Shown one piece after another: positions 13,401 to 25,000 of a stretch of 34,666 nt of DNA. The stretch's first letter is position 1. Every line of letters starts with the position of its first letter. Where the stretch lies: NCBI GenBank assembly GCA_001662655.1, contig KV460286.1; one strand, given 5' to 3'. The DNA comes from Pseudogymnoascus verrucosus (taxonomy: Eukaryota). A program made the translations under genes and the position numbers. The notes under the pieces are model-generated. The model was not told where the DNA came from. It searched no databases and worked only from the letters and a program-made list of their open reading frames with translations.

Positions 13401-13675
13401 GAGAATTACCCGTTTCCAGTTGAAGAATATAGGCCCCAAGTGATTGAGGCTCCAAGAGGCAAGATTCTTAGATCCACCATATCGGCTTTACTAACTAGGT
13501 TAAAGTCATTCTTATTGTCGAAACTTTCAATTCGAGTATTATTGAATCTATCCATCAGGTCCTCATGGGTACGGAAGGCTGGACTACCAGTGGCAAAGCA
13601 TGCCACATAGGCTAGGATACATAGCGAAGATAAAAGGAGTCGTATAGAATGGCTGGTCACTTGTTTGGTTCTCAT
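10475..13675 (-). pseudogene. Disrupted secreted SGNH/GDSL hydrolase (carbohydrate esterase family 3-like) with C-terminal FG-GAP/VCBS-like repeats; 7 exons (13675-13410, 13321-13231, 13177-12340, 12254-12015, 11942-11871, 11814-11478, 11400-10475)
   Basis: Six canonical GT-AG introns. SGNH blocks LRILPLGASITWG, GYRKPL...VDMVGS, NAGTND and DLVHPNDQGY. Repeated D-[IW]-[ND]-G-D-G-x-x-D motifs. Lesions: in-frame TAG 13144-13142, frameshift with TAA 11919-11917, TGA 11802-11800 and TGA 11206-11204. The spliced length, 2770 nt, is not a multiple of 3. Confidence 0.88.
11183..11230. repeat. Perfect 21-bp inverted repeat with 6-nt spacer inside the esterase pseudogene
   Basis: CAGATTGCGTCCGCCCGCAGT (11183-11203), spacer TCATGC, then ACTGCGGGCGGACGCAATCTG (11210-11230). 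Confidence 0.97.
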
Positions 13676-15561
13676 GCTTGTAGAAAATTAGCTAAGCGGT
13701 GGCCAAGCTCAACAGCGTCGGGGAGTTTGCTGGTAGTCTTGTATTTCTACTCTGGACCAGAAGGTAGTTCTATGGTTCTTTATATAGCTCCCTGCGAGAG
13801 ATCCCGTCGGCATCTGTGGCGTCTATAATCTCAAGCCTCGAAAAAGCTTGGGACCTAGACTTGATGGATTGCGCATAAAGCTACCCATGCACACGCCTGC
13901 GCCAAATGCCCCGATGTGCCAATGAATACGCATATGCCACCCCAAAAGTGACAACTGGGAGCCCCACGCTATTGGAATACTTCGGCCAGGCAGTGCAGTG
14001 GAGACGAGCATAATTGACGGATAAGATTAATAGATCCTCTCCATCGGTCAGGATCGCTTCCATGCCTGCGACGTAACAAAGGCGGCAATGGCATACCATG
14101 TCATTAAAATAAGCCAAATAGGCCTCGGGGCGAATACTCGTTGAGAGTAGCTCTGCTAGGTTATCCCGCACCATTCCCAAGGCCTGAAGTCTTCAGACCC
14201 CTCAGCCTAGTACTAATCTTAGGAGGTTTGATGTGCCCTGGATTCGAACATGGTTTGTATTCCTATGGTCTTAAAGGCAACGTTTGTCGGCCGTGGGGCC
14301 AACACTAAGTTCTTGGCATACTACAACAGTATGCGCAGTTGACGCAGTATTAAAGGTCGGCAATTAAAAGAAGCACCGTGAACCTTATTGTTTAGTGACT
14401 ATGCGAGTTTGGCGCCCTGATGTGGGGAATATTACAGGCTATTTTTACCTTGCCGACAAAAACCGGCGCCGCTCACTAACCCCACATGGACCCTTTCGTT
14501 CCAGAATCCCACCTTCAATTGTTTCAAAAGTTAGGGCCCATCCTGCCTGCACGTACCTCTCAATCAATTCTTACTTTCCCCGCTTCCTTCGGCCTCTATC
14601 TGTCCCCGACGGCGCTAGGAAATCCAAATAACCCTGAGGTATCGGCCCTTTTCTTCAAGCTTAGGTGGTTTAAACTTTCACAAGGTAACATGTAGGCGCT
14701 AGAGATCGCTCTTATGCGATGTCGACAAATGGCCGCCCAACTAACAGACGCCATAACAGTTTATGTTACGGCTCATATATCCGACCATATGTTGTAGTAG
14801 TTCTGCCTGCTAATTTTACATAATCACAGATTGCCTCGTCCACTCCTCGTCCCCCATATCCGCTAACTTTAGCCGTCCCGATTTTTTCCAGATCAAGTTC
14901 CAGCCCTCCTTGTTATTAGAGACCAGACGGATTCTTTTCTTGCTAGGAATTGAGCAAAGTCTTCTCTTTGCTAGGGATTGAATGTGTCTCCTTCTGCTTG
15001 CATCTCTTCTTTGGAATTTAATGAGATGGGCTAAACGAAGCACTCTCACATCATTTTCGTGTCAGCATCGCGGAGTTTGATGGTTTTTAGCTTACGTACA
15101 TACGTACCATGGGTTTAGATTTCAGCGGCGGAGAGCCTAAATATGATATCGCTGACATTAATCGAGACCTTGAGAGAGTGAGAGATCGATACTGTCAGCT
15201 GATGGACCACCAGGACCATAGCGCAGGGTGTTGGGGATAATGCCGCAGCCCGGAACCTGCCATGGGATTGCAAAGGATTAGCTGACGAATATAGTACAAA
15301 TTGGAGCTTATTCCTACCGTAGAATAGGTAGTCGAATCAATTCCCTTTCCTGAGACCGTAAGATTCCTATATTGGCTAGATCATTGTGGATGCGCGGCCC
15401 GTAATTTAGTGAGGGGGCCGCGAATCCTGATCAACAGGGGTGGATATAACTGAGGTAGGAATTGCCTCATCCCCTCGTTTTGACCTCGTGGAAACATTTG
15501 TATGCACGCATCCCTTCTCTTTGACTAAATAGATCATCATTACTTAAAAATAAGAGACAAG

Positions 15562-16467
15562 ATGTTGGAATTAACTACCCCGAAGACTGTGCTAGTGATC
15601 GGTGCGACTGGGAAGCAAGGCGGTGCTGTCATTGAGAACATCCTAGCTTCTCCTCAAGCGCATTCCTTCAACATCGTCGCGGTGACCCGCAATGCGACGG
15701 GTCGAAAAGCTCAGAAGCTCGCTGCCCACCCTAACGTGTCGGTTATTGAGGGAAACTTAGCAAATGTAGACGACATTTTTAATAAAGCCGGGCCCGTATG
15801 GGGAATCTACAGCGTCCAGATCAACTCGGACGTCGAAGAACAGCAAGGGAAGGCCATGGCGGATGCTGCCGTTATGCATGGCGCTCAGCATTTCGTTTAC
15901 TCGTCTGGAGACCGTGGTGGTCCTGAACGATCGCCCAATAATCCCACCTACGTCAAAAACTTCGCTGCAAAGCACGCCATTGAGAAGCATCTTCAACAAC
16001 GGGCCGAGAAGAGCCCCCAGCAAATGACTTATACAATCCTTCGCCCGGTGACCTTCTTTGAGAACCTCACCACAGACCTTCACGGCAAAGGGTTTGCCCG
16101 TATGTGGGAGCAACTAGGCAGCAAGAAGCTCCAGATGGTATCAACAAAGGATATCGGCTGGTTTGCAGCTCAGAGCTTTCTTCAGCCCGACAAGTACAGA
16201 AATGCGGCCTTGACGCTCGTGGGCGATGAGCTGACACAACCTGAGGCCAATGTTATTTACAAGGAAGTTACAGGACAGACTATGGCCATGGCAGCTTGCC
16301 CAATCGCGAGTGCTGTCAAGTTTGTATTAAAGGGGTCTGTAGGGGACATGTTCAAGTGGTTTGAGGACGAAGGGTATGGTGGTAATGTACAGGAATGCCG
16401 CAACGCCAACCATAACATGCAAGATTTCGCTGCTTGGCTGAATGAGAACAAAGGCAATTTTATGTAA
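15562..16467 (+). CDS. NmrA-like family NAD(P)-binding Rossmann-fold protein, 301 aa, intronless
   Basis: VLVIGATGKQGGAV nucleotide-binding motif, AVTRN, EEQQGKAMADAA...GAQHFVYSS, K.AIE and TILRPVTFFEN. Confidence 0.92.
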   Translation: MLELTTPKTVLVIGATGKQGGAVIENILASPQAHSFNIVAVTRNATGRKAQKLAAHPNVSVIEGNLANVDDIFNKAGPVWGIYSVQINSDVEEQQGKAMADAAVMHGAQHFVYSSGDRGGPERSPNNPTYVKNFAAKHAIEKHLQQRAEKSPQQMTYTILRPVTFFENLTTDLHGKGFARMWEQLGSKKLQMVSTKDIGWFAAQSFLQPDKYRNAALTLVGDELTQPEANVIYKEVTGQTMAMAACPIASAVKFVLKGSVGDMFKWFEDEGYGGNVQECRNANHNMQDFAAWLNENKGNFM

Positions 16468-18802
16468 CTTAGCGAGTGTTAACACCACTTGCATAGCCCG
16501 ATGGCCCTTTGCTTGATGACTATTACAATTGAATAAAATAGACTGCCCCCATACTTAGTAAGATCACTGTGCTGAACCGCCATGTGCCAATTGTTAGCTT
16601 GGGAGCGTATGGCTACAGCAAATAGAGTAAGTATAAAGTATAACGACAGCATTATACTGAGAATAGTGCCTAGAACCTTAAACTAGACAACGATACTAGA
16701 AATAGAAGAGTCTATAAGAGCTATTTGCTCCAACATTTTTATGATGATTTGATCTTTAAAGGCTTGTATAACTCAAGACTCAATAATCCACCACCGACCT
16801 TCCAGCCCACCAAGTATGGATGTTACTTTGGCATGATTGAAAGGAGAACCGGAGGCTTTGTATCTGTTTGCGACCCTTATTTGTGGCTCATAGCTTTAGT
16901 AAGTGAACCCCTGCATCCGCACCAAGGCAAGGCTCATTAATTATGCTCTGTCTATCAATCAAGTAAGATGAGGAAACGCATCGAATGTCAGTCAGAAGAC
17001 TGTAGGAGTCTATTATATTTCTCTCCATCATTTTTTATTATTTGACTGCGCAGTACCAGAGTCATATCCTGATATAAGCAAGCCTGTTGAAAACGAGTAA
17101 ACCAGAGCATTTGCTAAATAGCAACCATATACAGAACATATTTACTGCCAACATGCGAGCCGATGTTTGGATTAGAGTGCACCAAGTGCATCACAATAGA
17201 CATCGTACAAGCTACAGTTCCATGCTAATGCGGGGTTGATTTCTCGACATAATACAATAATTGAAGATCAGGGGGAACTACCGGACTCAGATTCTCCCGA
17301 GCCGCGCTATGCCAATCTTCTCCAAACCGCGACGAAAATATAGTGCTTTGCGGCGATATTTCACGTAGTAAGGTTAAATATTACCTTCGTTTTGACCTGA
17401 TTTGTGGAAATGGAATCCAGAGGGACTTGGACGAGGCAGCGGGTCAAAAGATGTATAACATCAAGTCAAGCTTCTATAGCGACTACAATATATGCCTACA
17501 GAGTATGATATTAACCTGTCAAATCAAACATAGACTTATGAGTAGGACGCATAATAAAGTTACTATACTCACTAGTTTATTTGTTAAAGCTAATGTAATC
17601 GAGGGCAGCTATCTGTCAGCTAGATTACTAGACACACCTTTCAGGTCAAATATTGAAGCGGTCCCATATACAACATGTAAAGTAAAATAAAAACATAGCA
17701 ATGCAGGAACTTATAATAATAAGCTCTGAATGGCAATATAATACAGAGAAGAAGTGACAACTGATTATTGGCCGGAGTAGAATGTGTTGCTGAGGCGACA
17801 ATGAGAGAGTGTCCGAGATTTGAGAAAATCATTGCTGCTTCTCAAACCATAACCTCACGATAAGTAATAGATCGCCAGTCCCCATATTTTAACCGGCCTC
17901 ATAACATTCCTACGCCCCATATCAATTTCCCAGGCTGTATTAATGAGGGCAGGATGACGGAAGATATTGTCCGTTCAACAATAGCGATCACAACAGAACC
18001 TTACCGCGAATAAATCGAATCCTACTCAACACCTCTTTGATAATTTTCCCGTGCACGATCACTTACGTATTTGTCCTGTGTGGGTCTCGAGTTTTGCCCC
18101 AATATTCCCCATGAGTGACTGTGGCTGGAGATCTCATTAATTCGCGACTGTACCGCGGGTTTCAGGCCGCCCCGACGTCTCACCGATATTCTATCTCCGC
18201 ACGACATTTTCGATTAATTGCATCTTAATATTAATTATTAACAAGCCTATTGTTCCTAATATTTCCCATCGTCTCCAATTGCCGGACAATTCCACCACTA
18301 CCGACGGCTGTCCCGCTGCCGTTGGAACTAAGCCCCTTTACCACAATGCTTATCATTTTGGCTAAACTAGCTAAACTGGGGCCCCTTGTTCGGCGCGGCC
18401 AGTAATATAAGTCGTGGGGGAACCAAATCTAATTCTGTAGGGTTTCGACGCGCGGCAAAGGAGGTGGATCAATGTCTAGCTTCTCTGGGATGTATGAGAA
18501 ATATATGAGGTGTGCGCAGCTCTTATAAGTATAGGGCCAGATCAGTCTCCTGTCATATGGTTCGAAATGGCGGAAGAATACTTGTGACCATCGGCCAAGG
18601 GGAAACATAAGTTTACATGGATGGAAGGCCAGGAAATTATGGAGCACTGGTTCCCAAAGTCAGGTATAAAGAAGCTCAAGGTTCCCCAAAAAGTCTCCCT
18701 CTCAATCCAACATCTTCAAAGTCTCTTCAGCTCAATCACATTTCGCACCTCACTATCCAATTCATAACAACACTCTTCTCTAAAACCAGCACTCAATTCA
18801 AA

Positions 18803-19191
18803 ATGCAAATCACATACTTCGTCCAGGCTCTGTTCGTCGCCGTCGCACTGGCTGCGCCCGCTCCTCAGGGCGGTGGTAAGAATCCTCTCACTACATAGGC
18901 CAACTGCGGCCCATACCATCTAAAACCCAACTAACTTTCCCAGGTGACTTGCCTTCTGGCATCTTCCCATCCGGAGGCTTTCCAACCGGCACTAGAGGCC
19001 CCATCCCAACTGGGGGCCCCATCCCTACCGGCACTGGCGGTGGTCCCGTCCCAACCGGCGGCTTCCCATCCCACACTGGCGGAGGTGGCCACCACCACCA
19101 CCACCACACCCGCACCCGCGGCGGCGATGGACCTGTTCCAACTGGCTCCCCCGCCGGAGGCGATGAGGGCGACGACGAGTCCAGCCAGTAA
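18803..19191 (+). CDS. Small secreted Pro/Gly/Thr-repeat protein with a His6 tract, 106 aa, 2 exons (18803-18875, 18944-19191)
   Basis: TATAAA at 18665, ATG in a CAAAATG context, signal peptide MQITYFVQALFVAVALA-APAPQ. A 68-nt intron at 18876-18943 (GTAAGA...CTAAC...CAG) joins in frame to GDLPSGIFPSGGFPTG...HHHHHH...DEGDDESSQ*. Strongly C-ending codons. Confidence 0.85.
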
Positions 19192-20174
19192 GCGTGGAGA
19201 ATGGCGACAAGTAGCACCGCAGGCGGAAATTGCACAATCCTCTTGATACGATCGAGGCGGCTGCAGGGCAAGGAGATGGCGCAGCGGGCTGCTAAAATTT
19301 CGATCCTGTGGATCAGTACATAAGTTTTGTGTTTTTAGCTGAATTTGATTTGTTGATGCCGATGAGAGTTATAATGCGCAAGTTGGGACGCGTATGATGT
19401 TGTCTTCTTTGCTTCCCCCGTTGAATGGATGCTCCAGCCCACTTGCCCCATTGTCCACCAGATCCTAATCGATTTTGAGTTGATAACACGTGTATTCGGA
19501 CGCGCAAGCTATAATAGTACAGTAGTTCAGCGCCGAATCAAAGATATGTCTGGGGTGGGAAAGAATCCTCAATGACGTTCGTACCCATAATTCCAAAATA
19601 AGCAACCAACCCCCTTATCCACTTCGCGCGCACGACGACTCAACCATCGGCCCCACTGTCTCACCTACAGGGCTGTATCGTGGCGTGGCCCGCCCCACCA
19701 ACCTTTAACTACCCGAGACTTGGTCGCAACGATGAGAAGAAACCTGGGCGATCGAATTGCGTATTTCAGGAACAGGTTACTCTACCCATCTGCAGGTACT
19801 GTAGTGTCCTGGTCCCGGCCTGCGTGGCCAACCAATCTGCGCGTGGTAACGTACCCGCATATATCCTTGGACTCTTTTCGACTCTTTCTTCTCGCTTATA
19901 GTATGAGAGAATTATGATTATTTGCCTGTTACGTCGTGCTTTTAGAATGTTATGTGGGCATTGTGGGTAGTTGAAAACGAATATGAAACAAAACAAGATA
20001 ATAATAAGACATGGCCAAGTCGTTAGCGATCTATACTATGTAGGCAACGCCCACGGGCTAAACACGCAGTATTCTCCGATATATGGTATGATTTTATCTG
20101 GCCACCCCAAATAGCTCAGATACTCAGCAATGCAATGCCTTTAAAATCGTTAGGCATAGGCTGCCATAAACAAA

Positions 20175-21364
20175 TTATTCAATGGGCGCTAGTTGCCGTG
20201 GGGCCCGCTCCCATACGATTATGCTCTTCTGTCGGTTCAACGCATCTTTCCTATGTTGTATGAGATCATCTCCCCAGACGGGCTCACCACTATCATCGTT
20301 TCCTGTGATGATAGGAGATGCTGGTGGTACATCAGGCAAATCAGGCGTGAAATCGACATGCCTTCGAGGTGCATCATCTTGACATTTCCGACGGCGAACC
20401 TACTCGTCCAACAGTTTTCGGAATTCCCCAACCTCGCAGTCTAGCTTGCACTTGAGTGGCCAGCTTTCAAGGGCTAGCACCGCGTCTGGATCCTGTTCTC
20501 TGTGTTCCACGCGCCGGAAATGGTCATCTTGCGAGACAATTTCGTACAGAGTGAAAATGACGCCGCTGACATCGTTCCGCTCGGGGGGAAGCAGCTGGGT
20601 TGGCCGATACGAGCAGCACGGTCGAAGTCGAAGAGAAGGAGGTTGTCGGTTTTGGGATCGACGAGGAGATTCCGCGGGGCTATGTCTTGATGCGCAATTC
20701 CAAGGTCGAAATTTAAGTAGTCTACCACGTCTAACAGTTGCTGGAGCCAAGCTAGTTTAAAGACCCTGTCTTTATTTTGTTCGATGGTGCCGTTGTGGAT
20801 GTATGGTGTTGTAAAACCAAGAATACGGGGTTCTGCGTCGGAGAGAACCACACGGTCAAACGGGAGTATGTTTGGGTGCCTAGGGAGAGCTTTGGTGAGA
20901 TGGAGTTCGTTCCGTATCCAGTGCCTCGTTTGATAGATCATGTAATACTTGACAGCAAACTTCGAGGTGCCGGAGTCGTCCACATAGCTAACCAAGTCGA
21001 CACTTGGGCCAAGTCGATCCTCTTCAGTTAATTGCGATAGGTGGACGGTGAGACAGTTTTGAAGGGAAGGCGCAGTAGCAAAACGTGGGTAGTGGGTAGT
21101 CAAGGTACGGTCATCCTCTGGGTCTGACGAAACTTTGACCAAAAGGCCTTTATCGTCTACTGTTATAGATTGAACGGTTTGGCCAAGCTGGCCAACGTAG
21201 CACTTCAGAACATCAATGTCGACGTTTTCATCGGGCGGTATAAGTGATACTGGGCCCTCGATTGTATACCATCGGCGTTGATCCCAGTCGATAACCTGAC
21301 CTGTATGAACGTTTCCCTTGACTTGTTCACCGACCACCCAAAATCTGTCTGACGGCTCGATCAT
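20175..21364 (-). pseudogene. Protein kinase-like gene, disrupted by a frameshift and a premature stop
   Basis: Kinase motifs HPNILPFDRVV, HQDIAPRNLLVD and LFDFD. The frame breaks at the G6 run 20583-20588. The shifted frame continues ERNDVSGVIFTLYEI...LLDE, hits TAG at 20402-20400, then reads on VRRRK...WERAPRQLAPIE to TAA at 20177-20175. Confidence 0.8.
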
Positions 21365-22091
21365 GGTGGATCGCTGGAGAACACGGGATATCTATTGTAG
21401 TGTTAAACACTACCTATTAAGTCGTAGAACAACGAATCTCTTGCGCCGTTGAGTTGATAAAGGGAGAAGCTTCCGATCTCTAGTGTGGCACCGAGAGACG
21501 CGGGGAAGAACAGGGGTTGTATAACAAATTCGCCTACTACGGTCGGGCGCTCAACTCTATAATACTTGAACCAGCTCGTAACGACAGGCACCAATGTCAG
21601 AAATAGAAGTTATGATGATTACGGGGACCGAAGTAGTCATTGGATCCGCTGTGAAGCTCGACCAGACAGCTAAAGACCAACGACTTAGTACGTAGAGTGG
21701 GAAGCTTTAAGAAAAGTTAGCAATATCAATTCGTCGTTCTACCTGAATTTTCAAAAGCATCACATCCAGTTCCAGGCACCATGGGTTATTTTTGACATAC
21801 ATAACTGAATTGAGATAAGTTTTTTTCCAGATCATTCACCCAAGAATAAGTAAAGATAAAAACCAATAAACAAGTAAATCCATCCGACAAATGCTCCCAC
21901 CAAGAAGTAAAACACCATCCCCTTCCATCCCATCCCGTCCCTTCGCCCCCAAAAACCCCCCCAACGCTCTATCCAAAGAAACCGACAGAAGCTAAACAAA
22001 AACGGGGAAGCTAGAAACCAAGACCCCAATAACTCAACCAAGAAATCACAATCTAACGAAAGAATACTAGCAAACACCTCAGCACCCCCCA

Positions 22092-25000
22092 TCAAACCTC
22101 CTCCTCCCGACCCCCATTTCTCCCCCTCGCCATCCTCTCCCCCCAAACCCTCTTCCCAGCCCTCAACTCAAACACCTCGAACCTCTCCCCGCCCTCCACG
22201 ACCTCAAGCGCTTTTCGGATCTTCGTGCGATACACATCCACTACCCAGCATTAGCCTTTGCCACTTCCGTCATCACCAGCATCGCCATCAACCCCCCTCC
22301 CAAAAGAAAGGCCAAGAAAAGAGAAGTAAAGAAAAAGAAAGGAGAGAAAATACTCACAACATCTCTGCAGCAGCACCTTCCGTCCCCCCACCCTCTTCGT
22401 CCCCACCCACGCCAACCTCCACGCCAACTCATTCAGCCCCCTCTCCCTCGCCCTCCTCGCCCTCCCCATCCTCGGAATCACAACCTCCATCCCCATCCCC
22501 ATCCCCCCCCTGGCACCCTCACTAGCCCTCAACCCCGGCCACGCAAGGACCCTAACACCGACCCCTTTCCCAACATCCTCCTCATCCTCCCCATCCTCGC
22601 CCACAGGCTTCTCCCACACCGCGCGCCAGCTGCGCACGAACACGCTCGCGGCTTTACGGACACTGTCCGGGATCTCAGACACGCGGACGCTGGCGAGGTC
22701 AGCGCGGATTTTGTGTTTTGGCGCCAACCCCCCGCCTGTCCCACTCGCACCACCCACACCAGCTGAGCTCGAGGCGTGTGTGGTGGTGAGGGCGGTGGAT
22801 GTGGAAGGGGTGGAGGAAGGGGATTTGGTGGCGGTGGAGATGGGGATGTGGAGGTATTTGGGGGATTTGCCGGGGGGGAGGATGGGGGGAAAGAGGGAGG
22901 GGTTGAGGGGTTCGGAGGGGGGAGGTGGGGGGGCGGTGATGGTGGTGTTAGCGGTGGCGGGGGGGTGGATGGGGAGGGTTGTTGTTGTCGTTGTTGCTGT
23001 CGATGATGCCGGTAATGCTGGGTTCCGTGGGGGGTAATTGGAGGCCGGGTCGATGGACATGGACATGTCGTCGACGACGTTGTTGGGGGAGGGAGGGCCT
23101 ACGGAGACAGGACGGCGTTAGCCTATTTCTACACAACAATCCTCAAAACGTGTTCAGACGGATGACGTGACAGACGATATGAGACGACAGGTAAGACGGT
23201 GTGGATGGATGGAATAGACAGAACGAGCCAGCCAGCGCAGGACAGCCCCCTCTGCGCCCGCCGCGACGGGTATGTGTGTGTCTGCGCCGCCACAAAAAAA
23301 GGCAAGCAGCAGCAAAGCACAACAGGGCGACCAGTGCAGCAGCTCGGCTCCGTGGGAAAATTTCTAGTATACAAGCAAAATCCGCCTCCCCTTTTCCCAA
23401 TTTCCCTCTTTTCCATTTCCAGATCCTTAATCCTATTCCGCCCTGACATATCCCTCATAGCACCAGCACTAGCACCAGCCACCCCCACCAAGTGACGCCG
23501 TTCCGCGCGCCACGTTGTAGACGGTATCCAGCGAATACAAGTAAAAAAAAAAAAACGAACAAAGCAGGAAACAAGATGTGCGGCAGAAAGACAAATGTGT
23601 AAGAGCCGAGAGAATCGAACAAAAAAGCCAAACAGAATCAATCAGATTGAGATGAAACAAAATCCAGCCCGCAGGCGCCCTAGAGAAGCAGAGTTTGAAA
23701 GAACAAGAGAAGACAAAAATGAGCCACATCGGGCCGAGCGCAGCGCGTAAGAAGGGAAGTAGATGATGGTGGTGCACGAGCACGGAAATCTGAGGGGGGT
23801 CCAAACAAAAACATTTGCAAATGTATGACGAAAAGATGTGTGTGTGTGTGTGTGTGGTATCATAACAAAGAATTTTTATCGCAATCCTCAAATTTTAACG
23901 TGAGGGAGGGGGGGTTTGGGCTGTGTGAAGGGGAGAAAAGCATCACATCTGGTGAAACATACCACTTCCGTCATCGCCATTCGGCGCCGCTGCTCCATCG
24001 GCATGCGCTTGGTGATGATGATGCATCTGCGCGCCCATCTTCCCCTGTTGCTGCTGTTGTTGCTGCTGAACCGGTAGCGGTCCCGGTGGTGCTCCCGGCG
24101 GCAGGCCGAGCGGTGCCGCGTGCACGAGCTTGCGGGAGTTGATCTTCGCCATGCGGCGGACGCGGCGCGAGCGCAGGCGCGGGTCCTGGTTGCTGTTTCG
24201 CCACGAGTCGACGGCGCGCTGGATGAGACCGCGCTTCCCCCTCAGGCAGGGGTTCAGCTCGGCGAGGGCCCAGCCGACAGTGTTGCACTCGCTCTCGTAG
24301 ACGAGGCGGTTGCCACGGTACTGGTCCTTGGAGCAGCAGGCGCGGGGGTAGACACAGTTCTCGGTCTTGAATTCGGGGGCAAGCGAGTCGACGGCTACGG
24401 ACTCGACGTCGCACCGGATGGTGTACTCCATCTTGACGCGGTCCCGCGAGTACTCAAAGGCGATCCATTGGACGCCGTTGCCGTCCTGGCGGACGACGAG
24501 AGGGGTTGTGGCTGGGATTGGCCCAGGAGCTGCGGAGGGGTTGACGCCGGTCCCTGGGAGAGGTGGTGCGCCGTTGGTGGCAGGCGGGATGTGCTGGTGT
24601 GTGTGTGGGGGTTGTGCTTGGCCCTGTGGGGGTGCTGGGGCGGCGCGCTGCTGTTGTTGTTGGGGTGGGTGCTCCATCTTGGTGACGCGCGGGCTGCTGG
24701 TCATCTGCTGTGGGTGCTGGCCGGGGTGCTGCATCTGGTGCTGCGCCTGTGGGTGTGACATGAGCAGATTCGACTGCGGGCCCATTCCCTGGTGATGCTG
24801 TGGTTGCTGCTGACCGTACGGCGAGGGGTTACCCTGCTGCGGCATGGGCGGGTATGTTTGGGGTGGTGGTGGGTAGTACATTGGTTGCTGCTGCTGCATC
24901 TGCGAGGGAGGCTGGGAGTAGATTTGGCGACCGTGCTGGTCGTGGCCCGATGGTGATGCTACGGACGCGGGCGAGTTCGATTGAGGGGTGTGGTAGATCG

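Noticed and set aside
14230..14310. GTTCGAATCC (tRNA T-loop-like) on the minus strand near 14240-14250
   Set aside because: The flanking T-stem does not pair (CCATG/CCAGG), and no acceptor, D or anticodon arms could be built.
13823..15049. Short ORFs (13881..14180, 14486..14695, 14816..15049) and an imperfect ~22-bp direct repeat near 14932-14982
   Set aside because: No recognisable motif or exon chain. They could be gene relics, but this cannot be supported without a homology search.
9900..21800. Secondary-metabolite cluster or intact mobile element
   Set aside because: No PKS, NRPS, terpene synthase, transposase, reverse transcriptase or recombinase is visible in the window.
23099..23962. 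Intronic snoRNA or TPP riboswitch in the long intron
   Set aside because: Only a degenerate C-box-like GTGATGC is present, with no suitably placed D box or terminal stem and no TPP aptamer consensus. An Rfam/Infernal scan would settle it.
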